Below are positions 52,702 to 64,000 of a stretch of DNA of 64,000 nt, one piece after another. This DNA is from Epiperipatus broadwayi. Its lineage: Eukaryota; Animalia; Onychophora. How positions within the stretch are numbered: position 1 is the stretch's first letter; each line of letters starts with the position of its first letter. Below the pieces are notes generated by a model, which was given only the letters and a program-made list of their open reading frames with translations, ran no database searches and was not told the origin of the DNA. The stretch is from the NCBI GenBank assembly GCA_028023455.1, contig JAQFVV010000003.1, positions 25,358,001-25,422,000 of the forward strand, in the 5' to 3' direction. A program made the translations under genes and the position numbers.

Positions 52702-53589
52702 ATATGTTGTAATCTTATTCAATGGTGTTAGCTACTTACGGCTGCATAGTATACAGTTAAATAACTTGATTTTTTAAATTTTAAAAATGTGTTAAACCAA
52801 AAATAGGTTTGACCTTTTTTTTATAGGCTCATATCAAAGGAAGAACTTTGTTTTACACACTTACTGTTTGTTAATAATTAAATTTAATAGAATAAAATGA
52901 CACTCAGGATTAGAAAAACATATGAATTGTATGAAGATCCCAGATTATCTTTAAACAGTCTTGATAATAATCCATAACCTAATATTCAGTTATTCATTTC
53001 CACACAATGGTATTGCAAAGTATACAGTAAAAACTAATTTATAAATTTATATATTCAAAGTGGATAGGATGCTGAACATCTGTGTCTCCAAACAAGTTTG
53101 GAATTTTATTAAGATAGTTGATCCATAGACAGCCAAACTATTCATGATTTGTCAGTAAATAGTTCTGTAACTATTTTATGTGCAAGTTATTTGTGCAACT
53201 TACCTCATTCTAAATGTGTTGCCATTGTCCTTAATTTGGAAAATCTAAGTGAAGATAAAATTAAAAAACATTAACATGGGGGTGGAGGATCAGGCAGTGT
53301 GTAGAGAGTTATAAATTAAAGCAAGAAAGACTACATATAAACTTATTTTAAGCTCTATGCCTGAAAACAAATGAATAATTATGCACATGATCATTATCAG
53401 TGGTAGTTTAAAAATGCTTGTCAATTTTCATAAAATTTGATTTAGCATCTCAATATTTAGACCAATCCTTTACACCATAAAGATTTGTATGTAGAAAGGA
53501 AAAACAGTTTACACTCCACCATCATGCTCCTAAAAGAAACAAGGAGAAAACCTTACTTATCAGATTATTTACCTATGAGTAATTTGTCA

Positions 53590-55520
53590 TTTTTTTTTTT
53601 TTGTTTTAAAAAAAACTTTATTAATAGCAAACTATATACAAATATTAACATATTTACAGTGGCATAAATTTATGTTACATAAACAAAAACATGGTGAAAC
53701 TGCAACCACAATGGTACAGGTAACACAATAAGTTGTTTAACTCTAATGAAGTGTGATACAAAATTACATAATCATGATAATTAAACTGAAAAAAGTGTCT
53801 AGATATTTATTTTCAAAAGAGAAATCTGATGGTGAATATTGATGGAAATAATGGTTTAAGCTATGAAAGAGCACAATGGAGATAATTTGTTCACTGCCAA
53901 GATTTGGTCATGATGTTTCTGGCTAAAAATTTGAGAGAGTAAAGATATGAGTTAAATCATTCTTTGTTATTTTTTTAATACATTATATTGACATCAAATA
54001 ATATGGAGCAGCACATGAGCTACATAGTCCTTAGTGTATGAATAATTACAGATGCATTAAAGGGATGGAAGTATTTTATGTATATATAGTAATTGATTGA
54101 TGTTGATTATGCACTTATGAAACAAAAAGAGGCATAAAGATGAAAAGTATGGGAAGGTTTGGAAAAGGTTTTGGTTGGAATTATACCCTATAATAAATTA
54201 AAAAGAAATTTCATCATGAATTGAGGAACACAAAGTTTTGAAACTTCGTTAGAGTTTTAGAAACTGCCTTAGATGGCTGGGTGGATAAGGTATTTTATAT
54301 AAATCTTTAAATGATATACCAATGAGAGATTTGATTTTATACTGACCTAATAGATCAGCATGTTCAGTGGCATAATCTGTGAAAAATGATCATTTGGTAT
54401 ATGATATTAAAATAAGCAATAGTACTGGAAGAGAGATGTCACTAAGTATTGAATTAGGAAAGCATTGCTATATACATTTTGGCTTAATATATGTTACAAA
54501 AAAATTTGGGCACATCAAATTGAGTTCTCCTATGCAAATGAGAAAGCAAGCTGTTCTGATGACTAGGATGAAAATAAGCCCCAGATGTATGATTTTATAA
54601 GTTTGTCATAGATCTTGTTAAAATGCCACATCTATTGGGCTAGTAGGCAAGTATTCTACTAAGAATAGCATTCACTATATGCATTTTTACAATGGGATAT
54701 AGCATTTTTGGACAAAATATATTCATTTTTGTATTAACCATGTTCATAATGAGACTATTTAAATATTGACTCAGTTGCATTTTATGCTGAGAAAGGATGG
54801 AAGGATACTCTTGAAGAAAGATGGTAGTTTGCAGACTGTAGATGTGGAACCAGTTGATGTTTGAAATTTTATTTAAAATATTCAGATGTTTTGGAGGCCT
54901 ATCAACAATTGAACATTTAACTAAATTAGCTTGCTGATGGTATATTTACTTTTAATAAGGCTTTAGAAATCTCAAATATTTTTTGCTTTTTTTACGATTC
55001 ATTAAATTCACAAACTTAAATAATGGGAGTGAAAGACAAACATGCTAATCCATACAGCATGAGTTTTTTTATATAAGGCATTATTCAGAAAAGTATAAAA
55101 AAAGTAATATTAGACAGTTTAGCCAAATGAAAAAAGAACATGAATATTGGAGTAATAAATCATCAATTTAAAAAATGTGTCAAAAAAAAAGGAAACTTTG
55201 GATCATTGTCAAAGAAGTATCAACATATTTTAGCATCTATATAAACATTAATTTTGGAATGAAAAAAAGGCACCGTTATATATGTGATATACATGATCAG
55301 ATTAATGTAAATGGGCCATAACTATGATTTTCTGGAATGGGAAGTTATATGTCTTCAATTTCTGGTGATAATTAATGTCTTAATGTAATTGTTATGAAAT
55401 TAATTGGTTATTCTATGTATACAAGCGTAACTTCTGATTTTGTTAATTGATCTCCATTGAGATTGATATGTAAAGGTCCTTTTTTTTTTTTTTTGTAAAT
55501 GATTCTTATGGATTCTGAAT
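53590..55520 (-). pseudogene. Heavily decayed L1/Tx1-like remnant
   Basis: Poly-T/poly(A)-like end at 53590-53602. Minus-strand remnants resemble zf-RVT (CICNYSYTKDYVAHVL near 54010-54060) and DDLLL (near 55150-55170). Only fragmentary similarity. Confidence 0.4.
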
Positions 55521-56872
55521 AAATTTTCCTTTTGAAAGATAAAAAGGTAATCAATCACTCATATTGATTAAATAAATATAATGAATGTAAAGAGAGAATG
55601 ATTTATGTCTTTGAAGATGTTTTTTTTTCTTTTATATAAGGTTAAAGATAGTTAAATAAGGAAGTAAACTCGCCTGCTATATGAAGATGATTTATGTATT
55701 TGTATATGTGATTTGTGTACTTTCACTTTTTTGTCATTATTCTAATTTGCTTTTTTATTGAAGAATTATTTTAAAAAAATTTATCGCATTCTCAAAGAGC
55801 ATCAATTATACATTTCAAAGTGCTTCAAACTGTGCTTGATCATTGATAACTTAATAGAAAACAAACAAATATTTAAGAATCAATCAGTGCTTTGGTGAAG
55901 AATAGAGGAAATATTCTTATCTTGAAAACAAATATAGTATAGCTTATTTGCGTTAATCAATATTTTTAAGGACAGTTTAGAGAATTAAATAAGAGTGATT
56001 ATTGCTAGAAAAATACAAACATTTAATTCAGTATTACTTTATTGAGATCATGTTTTGAGTAATCAGAGTATAAAAACCAATGATGGTGGATAATTCTACC
56101 AATAATCCAGTTACTGATCAATGATGCACGGGTAATTTTTTTGTTAGATTCCTTAAGCAGAAAGAATAGCTTCATTGGTTGCAAAATGATATAGCTATAT
56201 ATAACTTTTCACCATCATATATTTTTCATTCAGGACACAATTGCATATCAATATGTATCTTGTCATCAGTTTTCCATTCAGAACAATATATATAAATTCA
56301 ATAAACCCAGCCATGCATGTTTACAAACACCAGTAAATATTTAACAATAGCAATGAAAGCAATTATGTAAATCTGAAAATTGTTGCAAAATATTTATGGT
56401 ACATATAAGCAGACATGGCTCAAAATATTTAATTTATATATTGTTTACATACGTTGCTGCTATGAAAATTGCGGTATAGTAAATCTGAGATTTCGTGCCG
56501 TAATATATTATATTAATAACACAATGAATGATAATTGTATATGTTTATATATTTAAAGCTTTCGTGCTAAGATGCTTAAGACTGGCTTCTATATATAAAA
56601 GTTAAGTTTAGAAAAGGTTGGTATCAACCTTTTCTTATCAAAATCTCTGTCTCGTGTCTTAGCTTGATTGTTTATTAGATAGCTGTTTAAAATCTGATTG
56701 GTTGTCTCAGTTATAATTGCGCATGTGAAAGGCTATCATACTTTCAATTTATTATTATGTTCATTTAGATGTAATATTTTTGGTTTTTATATATATAATA
56801 TATACTGCTGTCTAATGCTACATTAGTACTAATAATCAAAATAAAATAAAACAGAAAAAATACTAGCTAAAT

Positions 56873-57072
56873 CAGCCGTTCTCAATCTGTGGGTTGCGAC
56901 CCCTTTGAAGGTTGAACAACCCTTTCACAGGGGCCGCCTAAGATCATTGGAGTAGTGTGATGTCATTATTGCACCAACTCCATTCCATACAAAAAAATTT
57001 AAGATTGGGGGTCACCACAATATAAGGAACTGTATTAAAGGGGCACAGCATTAGGAAGGTTGAGACCCACTG
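56873..57072 (+). mobile_element. SPIN/URR1-like hAT MITE (200 bp)
   Basis: TIRs CAGCCGTTCTCAATCT / AGGTTGAGACCCACTG and a perfect 8-bp TSD AGCTAAAT (56865-56872, 57073-57080). Subterminal sequences match my recollection of the SPIN MITE (URR1) consensus; this is recalled, not searched. Confidence 0.85.
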
Positions 57073-57268
57073 AGCTAAATCAAAATGTATAAAAAAATTT
57101 AGTAGCACTATGATTTTATCTAATAAACAAATAGATCTTCTCTAATAAAAATTACAAAAATAATTTCTAGTTTAATAAATGATTAGTAATAATTATTAAT
57201 ATAAAATGGTTGGTGTCAAATTTTTGAGTATAAAAAAATTAATATTTGTAAATCAATATATATGTATA

Positions 57269-58216
57269 TTTATTTCATGTTTAAAGAGGTTTATTTAAAC
57301 TTCTATATATCAATATTTCATACTCTGTAGTCAAGTTGCAAGCTTTAAGTGTTCATATATATTCAATGGACCATTAGTAAGAATGGATTCCATTCTTGCT
57401 ATTAAAAGATGTGAAGGTTGCTTTGACAGCAGTGAGAAATATTGATTACTATATTTTACTGTGAATGTTTAAGTGGTTACTGGTTGGATCTTAATTATAT
57501 CATTATCCCAGATTAGCTTTAGGCACTATTTCGCTTATTATTTCTAAATAATAATACATGGGCAATTTAAAAGTAGTGCAGTTTGTAATATTAATTGACT
57601 ATTTATTAGTCTGCATTACAGTGACATGTTTATTTCATGTTTAAAGAGGTTTATTTAAACTTCTATATATCAATATTTCATACTCTGTAGTCAAGTTGCA
57701 AGCTTTAAGTGTCCAGATATATTCAATGGACCATTAGTAAGAATGGTTTCCATTCTTGCTATTAAAAGATGTGAAGGTTGCTTTGACAGCAGTGAGAAAT
57801 ATTGATTACTACATTTTACTGTGAATGTTTAAGTGGTTACTGGTTGGATCTTAATTATATCATTATCCCAGATTAGCTTTAGGCACTATTTCGCTTATTA
57901 TTTCTAAATAATAATACATGGGCAATTTAAAAGTAGTGCAGTTTGTAATATTAATTGACTATTTATTAGTCTGCATTACAGTGACATGTTTATTTCATGT
58001 TTAAAGAGGTTTATTTAAACTTCTATATATCAATATTTCATACTCTGTAGTCAAGTTGCAAGCTTTAAGTGTCCAGATATATTCAATGGACCATTAGTAA
58101 GAATGGTTTCCATTCTTGCTATTAAAAGGTGTGAAGGTTGCCTTGACAGCAGTGAGAAATATTGATTACTATATTTTACTATAAATGTTTAAGTGGTTAC
58201 TGGTTGGATCTTAATT
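57269..58216. repeat. 360-bp tandem repeat, ~2.6 near-identical copies
   Basis: Sequence recurs at exact 360-bp offsets (57269, 57629, 57989) with only a few substitutions. Confidence 0.95.
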
Positions 58217-60472
58217 TTATATATATATATATATGCAGTCTAAAATAAAAGTAAATAATCTGGAAAAAAAATAGTAATTAGCAAAAGTCAATCCAATTAA
58301 TTATATGCATTGTTGAATATGGTTATATATATTTTAGCTGAAGGATGAAGCATGTTGCAAATAATTTGGATTAGTCAGATAAGTGTTAAGTACTACCTGT
58401 AAAAAAAAAAAGTTTGTAATATGATGAAACATTTACTGTGTGTACAGGGAGAGTGTCAATTATCTATGAGCACTGACCATATTTTACCTTCTACTTTATT
58501 CCATTTTTATTTTGTTAAACTATATAAACATATAATAATCTTTAAAAAAAAAACCTGGTATTTGCAAAAGATTAAAGAGCCTGCAAAAAGACTTACCATT
58601 TCTATACTTAAGATATGATCTTTCACTTATTTAAATTAGTGAATGAATTGAAGTTTATAACTCAGCATTAAATTTTTATATATATATAAATTTGCAGTGT
58701 TCCAACATAGATCATTAATACACTCTCCTGGATATGGATAAGACTTAATAATTAGCCTTAATCTTCATAATAATAATCAAATACTTAGACACTCAAAAAG
58801 TCATGTGACATTCAATCATGTGATATTCGCGAATTTAAAAACCTTTATCTGTTAAGATTATAAATTCACTATTGAATCCAATCATATATCACAAATCTTT
58901 CATAAAATGGAATATCTGTCAATATTTTGTTACTTTATAAAGAGTATTAATTATATCTAAATCAAAATAGAGAAAGGATATGAGTTGCAATGTTAGCACA
59001 TCTTACACATCTTAAAAGATGTCCAAATAAATTCTCAACTGAACTTCTTCAGCAAAAGAAAAAGATATTGTAAGACTCAGAAATAGAAAGTAAAAAGCAA
59101 GAGGAAGACAGTATATGACCTAGAAACAAAAACTATAAGACAATAAAAATTGAATTGGAATGAATATTTTAATAGTAAAGTTAATTGTTGAATAGAAAAA
59201 TGCAAATAAATGACTTGAGTAATAATAAAACTTAAGATTTGACTGAAAATTCCAGAATTTTATTCCCAAATGACAAAAGAGAAGAAAACCATTTGAATGG
59301 AATCGTTTTTTTTCCCTTTTTACTTTGGAGTTTTAAATCCATTTAACTTCCTGAATATTTGACCATAGACTGAACCATTTATCTTTTTCAGATGTTTTAC
59401 TCATATTTCAAGATTTTGTGGTGGAATTGAAGTTTTAAGTATATCTAAAAAAAGATATTAAACAGAAATGTTAATCTTTAACTATAATTTAAAATTTATA
59501 TCTGGATTAGCAATGATATGATAATCTCTAGCTTAATAAATACTCAGTAATAATAATCAATGTATTTATTTGAAGCAAATGGTATCAAAGTTGTAAATGC
59601 AGAAAGTTTGATATTTGTAAATCAAATTGTAATAATAAATAATTTAATAAATTTCAATAACATCTTTCTCCCATCTTTTTTTTTTTAAAAAGTATTTTAA
59701 AAATTATTTATTACCAATTTGTCTTTATTAATAACATCAATATTAACACACTTTTTATTAAGTTATTTTTTAATATGTTAATTTGATTAATTTGAGTTTT
59801 GTTATCTGGGGATTGGAATTTAAACTTTTTTTTAGATATCTGAAGATCCCCATACAAGCTTTTTCAGATAGCCACTCTAGAGACATCTAATTAATTATCT
59901 ATAAATAAATATTTGGCTACTCTTAGATAGAGAATAAAACAAAAAAAGAAAATCACAGAAATCTTAATCAATCAGCAATTAAACACCCTGGTGAATAATG
60001 TCTTCCCATGTCTTAATCTTCTATGGAGAGATGCTAAAATGTCATTTACCACATTTTGTGCTACTAAGGCAGATTAAGTTTGTGGAACACCATTTTATTG
60101 GTAAAAATGGTGGTGTAATGAATCCAATCACAAAACTTAGAAAACCAGTGAAATAAATCATAAAGGAATAGTCTTTTTTTTAAAGTAAATTTTTTTTATT
60201 GAGTATAATCAAAGATTACAAGTTTTATATATAAGAAAATTTATAAAAAATTAATTTTTTTACTTATAGATAATACAGGCATATAAAATGGTTTACATGT
60301 ATTAATAAAAAACATTTAACACATAGAAAAAAAAGCTAATTATTACAGAGGGAAAGGAAGAGAAGCAAAGCTCCATATGGCATGTATAAAATATCTGGAG
60401 AGACTAATGCCTTGTCTCTATTTCTAATTTTAAGTATGTGATAATCTTACTTACACAAAAAGTTGAACATTT

Positions 60473-63340
60473 TCATACAACAGAGAATATGAAGTAGTGA
60501 ATATGCAAAAGAAGGAATTTAGATATTGCACGAGACCCAGGACAAATGCTATCTTGCAGTGATTTCAGCTTAAGCATAATATCAGACTTTGTAATACCAC
60601 AATCTTGGTAACTCTCACCTAAGTCATATACAAGAAGTTTGGGATATCTGCAAGTTTGCAACTTCATTTTAAAATGATAGTAAATAGAGGGAAGCTTATT
60701 AATATCTGTGCAGAAATTTTGATTTACAACAATTGAAGAAAGAACAGACTTTTTGGTTTTATATGAAAGAGCCCAGCAAATGAACCATTTTGACCAGTTA
60801 TGAGACTGAGCCAAAAAGATTTGGGCTTTTTTAGTAGACAGGTATTCAGCCAATATAAATTGAGTGTGTCTATAATGTTGTTTAATTAAAAGACAAAATC
60901 ATGGAAACTAAAACAGGGTCACAAGAAGTGGCTTTCAATTTCAAATTAATGACATCAAGTTTCTTAACTAAGCTGTAGGTGATTTATTCCTATTAGTATA
61001 ATGCATAATGACAGATTGAATTATATTGATAAAGGAAAACCAAGCAACAACATGTTATAGCAATAGAATATCGGTCTTTTTAAAAATAAATGTATATTTC
61101 AGAAAATACTGTTTCCAGAGATGTAGCCTTAAGGAATACTCTTAATGTATCATTATAGTAAGGAGCAGACTTAGTGTGGATGTTAATATCAATTTGAATG
61201 GAGAGTGCTAAGTGATCTAAAAGGCAAACTAGTTGCAAAAGTAAATTATTTATAAAGTGAAAATCTGGTAAGTAAAATAATATATCAATAAGTGCTGAAT
61301 GCTTTAATGTATAGAAAGAGAAAGCATTAGTAGGGAAGAAGCCTTCTCCATTCATTAATCTACAGTTAATAAGATGGAGGTATTTAGGAACAAAATCAGT
61401 ATAAGGCATATTAAAGTCACTAAAAATGAGAGTAGAAAAAGAGCTTGAAGGATGTGATTGATCTGGAAAATAAGCTGTTGTATCAGAGTATGTTTGTTAT
61501 ATAGGTACAGGTAAACACTGTTAAATGTAAAGGCATTATGATGAAAGGACATGATGATCACATTTTGATTAAGATAAAGAATGTTGAAAGTTTTCAAAAG
61601 GTGCTCTATGATGGATTAACACACCTACCCCAGCAGCTAATGTGTTAGAAGTAGAGGAAAGTGAATACACTTCCCAAGATATCTTACAGGATTGATGTTA
61701 GAATGCATAGAACATTTAATCTCAGAGAAAAAAGTTATATGAGAGAATTGAGATATCTGTTTGCTGACAGCAAACATCTGTTGGGATGAGTTCAAACCAA
61801 TTATGTTAACACCAGTAATATTCAATAGTGTAGTGATTTAGTTCAAACAACCATTGAAAATGGAATTTATAGAACTGGTAGACAGATGAACAATAATTTA
61901 GGTAAATCACCTGCAGCATATTTACATGCATACTAAATAACAAAATCAAAAGCTCTTAGAAAAAAGAAATAAATAAAAACTATACCCCAATACAACATTA
62001 CATATTATCACATGGATCAACAACAAACCTAATTTAAAACTCAAATAAAATCTGAGGAGAAAAAAATAATACAAATATATGATTTTAAAAAAAACATAAT
62101 GCACTAACTAAAACAAAAAATGTAAATCAGTGTTCATTAAAGCAAAAGAGCATGATCAGCATAAAGTTATTGGACATCTGCCAATACATTGGCATCATGA
62201 GATAATTCACAGTCCATATTTAAATTAGCATCAATACTCTTTGAAAATCAGTACTACTTATTACTTCCACACCCTAGATACCTGCCTACGAGTGTCAACA
62301 TCTTCAAAATTTTTTTTTTGTTCTGGGGACAAGGATACAACTCAAGCTAGTGCTTACCTATGTCCAATGTTGATCTGTAGATATGTTTGTTTTCAATACA
62401 GATTCAGCCTCAAGTAAAGTCTTTTTTTCTTAGAGATAAAGTTTAACTTCCAGGAATGACTATATCATCTATATTTTGATCTTTTTTAACATCTTTTTAG
62501 AGATTTTTTTTTTCTTGGATGATTGAACTGGAATAAATTCATCAGAGGATAAAACTTCATTCTCTATTACATAAGGATGCATTATAATAAGATTAAACTC
62601 CTGAGTGCTAAGATCAATAACAATTTTAAATAATGATGGTAATTTAGCAGAAGTGTATAAATCTTCATGACTAGTGATTGAATTTTGGTTAGTGATAGAC
62701 TGTGTCAAAGCTTTGGAACACTGATGACTTGGACATTTTTATCCTGCACAACTGACAAAATCTAGAAGGGCAATCTTTTACAATGTGTGTTCTTAATTTG
62801 CAGAAAAAAATACCATTGAGATGGACACCTCTGAAGGTAATTATCAATGAGGAGGACTCAGTGGCATGAAGAGTTGGGATGTCAGTTATCAGAACTCCTT
62901 AAAATAATGTTGAAAGTAGCTGCATTCATTAATACTTGAACACTAGCTCTTTATTCTAGCAAATATTTGAAGTTTGTTATAATTCCAAACTTATTAAGCA
63001 GAATCAGGAGGTCCTTATCATTAAAGTCTATGTAGCAGTTTTTAATTTGTACCATAAGCATTGAAACTTATGGATATCTATGTAACAAAGCATTTTATTA
63101 TTTAAACACAACATTTTTTTTAAAAAAAATCATTTTGGTTAGAATTATGAAACTCTACACATATGTATCTGTTGTTAGGATGTAGCAAATCTTCGTAGTC
63201 TATGTTCCAGAAATGTTTTACCATTAACATTGCATAAAACTTTTCCAGCAACAATTTAAAAAGGTTGCATTCCACATTAATTATTGTCATAATTAGCATC
63301 TTAACATTATGGAACTTCTTAAATGATTTTAGCAAAGTAG
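60473..63340 (-). mobile_element. Decayed L1/Tx1-clade element retaining ORF1 zinc-knuckle and APE remnants; relative of 13186-15936
   Basis: 61637-61825 MNITGVNIIGLNS...FFSEIK (APE N-terminus). 61080-61409 ...LDHLALSI. 60473-60853 AEYLSTKKAQ...CWAL...KLKSLQDSICPG...FLLLH aligns by eye with the N-terminal part of 13507-15855. FCKLRTHIVKDCPSRFCQLC lies near 62745-62810. Confidence 0.75.
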
Positions 63341-64000
63341 TGGGAACTGTTAAGTTAAACTTGTTACTGTACTCCTAATAAAGCTGTTTGTCAATAGATA
63401 TGACATTAAAGTTTAGTCCATTTGTAGTCACATCATCACTAAGCAAATTAAAACATCATTTTCTTTATTTCACAGACACTCAACATTTATTCGAGTCCTC
63501 AAATCATATTTTTATAATGCTTTTGCACTTTCTTTTTCTATTCCACTATAAAATCATTTGTTAACTCAATTTTATTACTTCCTGACTTATTAGATATGTG
63601 ATTATTATTAGTGATTGAATTTCAAAGATATTATTCAGATTTAGATGAATTATTTAAATGACCATTATTAGCATTGCTAACATTTAAGACTAGAAAATAG
63701 TTCACACTATTAACATCATTAGTGAATAAATTAACAATAATTTTTTTACCTATTACTGATGACTTCTTATGAAACAGATTCTCTGGTCAACTGAAAGTTA
63801 TTTCTCCAGCAGTGAATTGTGATAGTAAAAAGTCTTTCACAATTGCAGACTCACTATTACATCCAGTGGCCATCTAAAAAATTAAATATCAGCAAGGATA
63901 TTTAATAATATAGCTCAAGTTAGAGCTAAGTAGATAGAGGAGAGCTTCTAATCCCTGATAAACAGATCTTAGTAATAGACACAAAATCTTTTCAATAAAA

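Noticed and set aside
63750-63795. CTGATGA...GAAAC...GTC hammerhead-like spacing
   Set aside because: Stem II and stem I do not pair and stem III is out of register.

Overview
This is a very AT-rich eukaryotic window, most likely from an invertebrate animal, and it is dominated by transposons. I could not confidently identify any host protein-coding gene. Autonomous-type elements: two Penelope-like elements (RT plus C-terminal GIY-YIG), a full-length RTE LINE with a 10-bp TSD, a truncated RTE copy, a young 5'-truncated L1/Tx1-like element with an intact 782-aa RT ORF, and two decayed L1/Tx1 relatives. Remnants and small elements: CR1-like, Ty3/gypsy and Merlin remnants, two solo-LTR-like repeats, a SPIN-like hAT MITE and a tRNA-Gly-derived pseudogene. 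The most interesting layer is RNA-encoded. At least three unrelated non-coding repeat families carry minimal type I hammerhead ribozyme motifs. One of them forms a ~445-bp tandem, retrozyme-like array with compensatory stem II changes. The Penelope terminal repeats carry a U3-A8 covariant hammerhead. These families form fold-back pairs with 3' ends pointing outward, as does Penelope copy 2. Separately, an HDV/CPEB3-like ribozyme fold starts exactly at the TSD-defined 5' end of the RTE. All ribozyme calls come from manual base-pairing and are untested.
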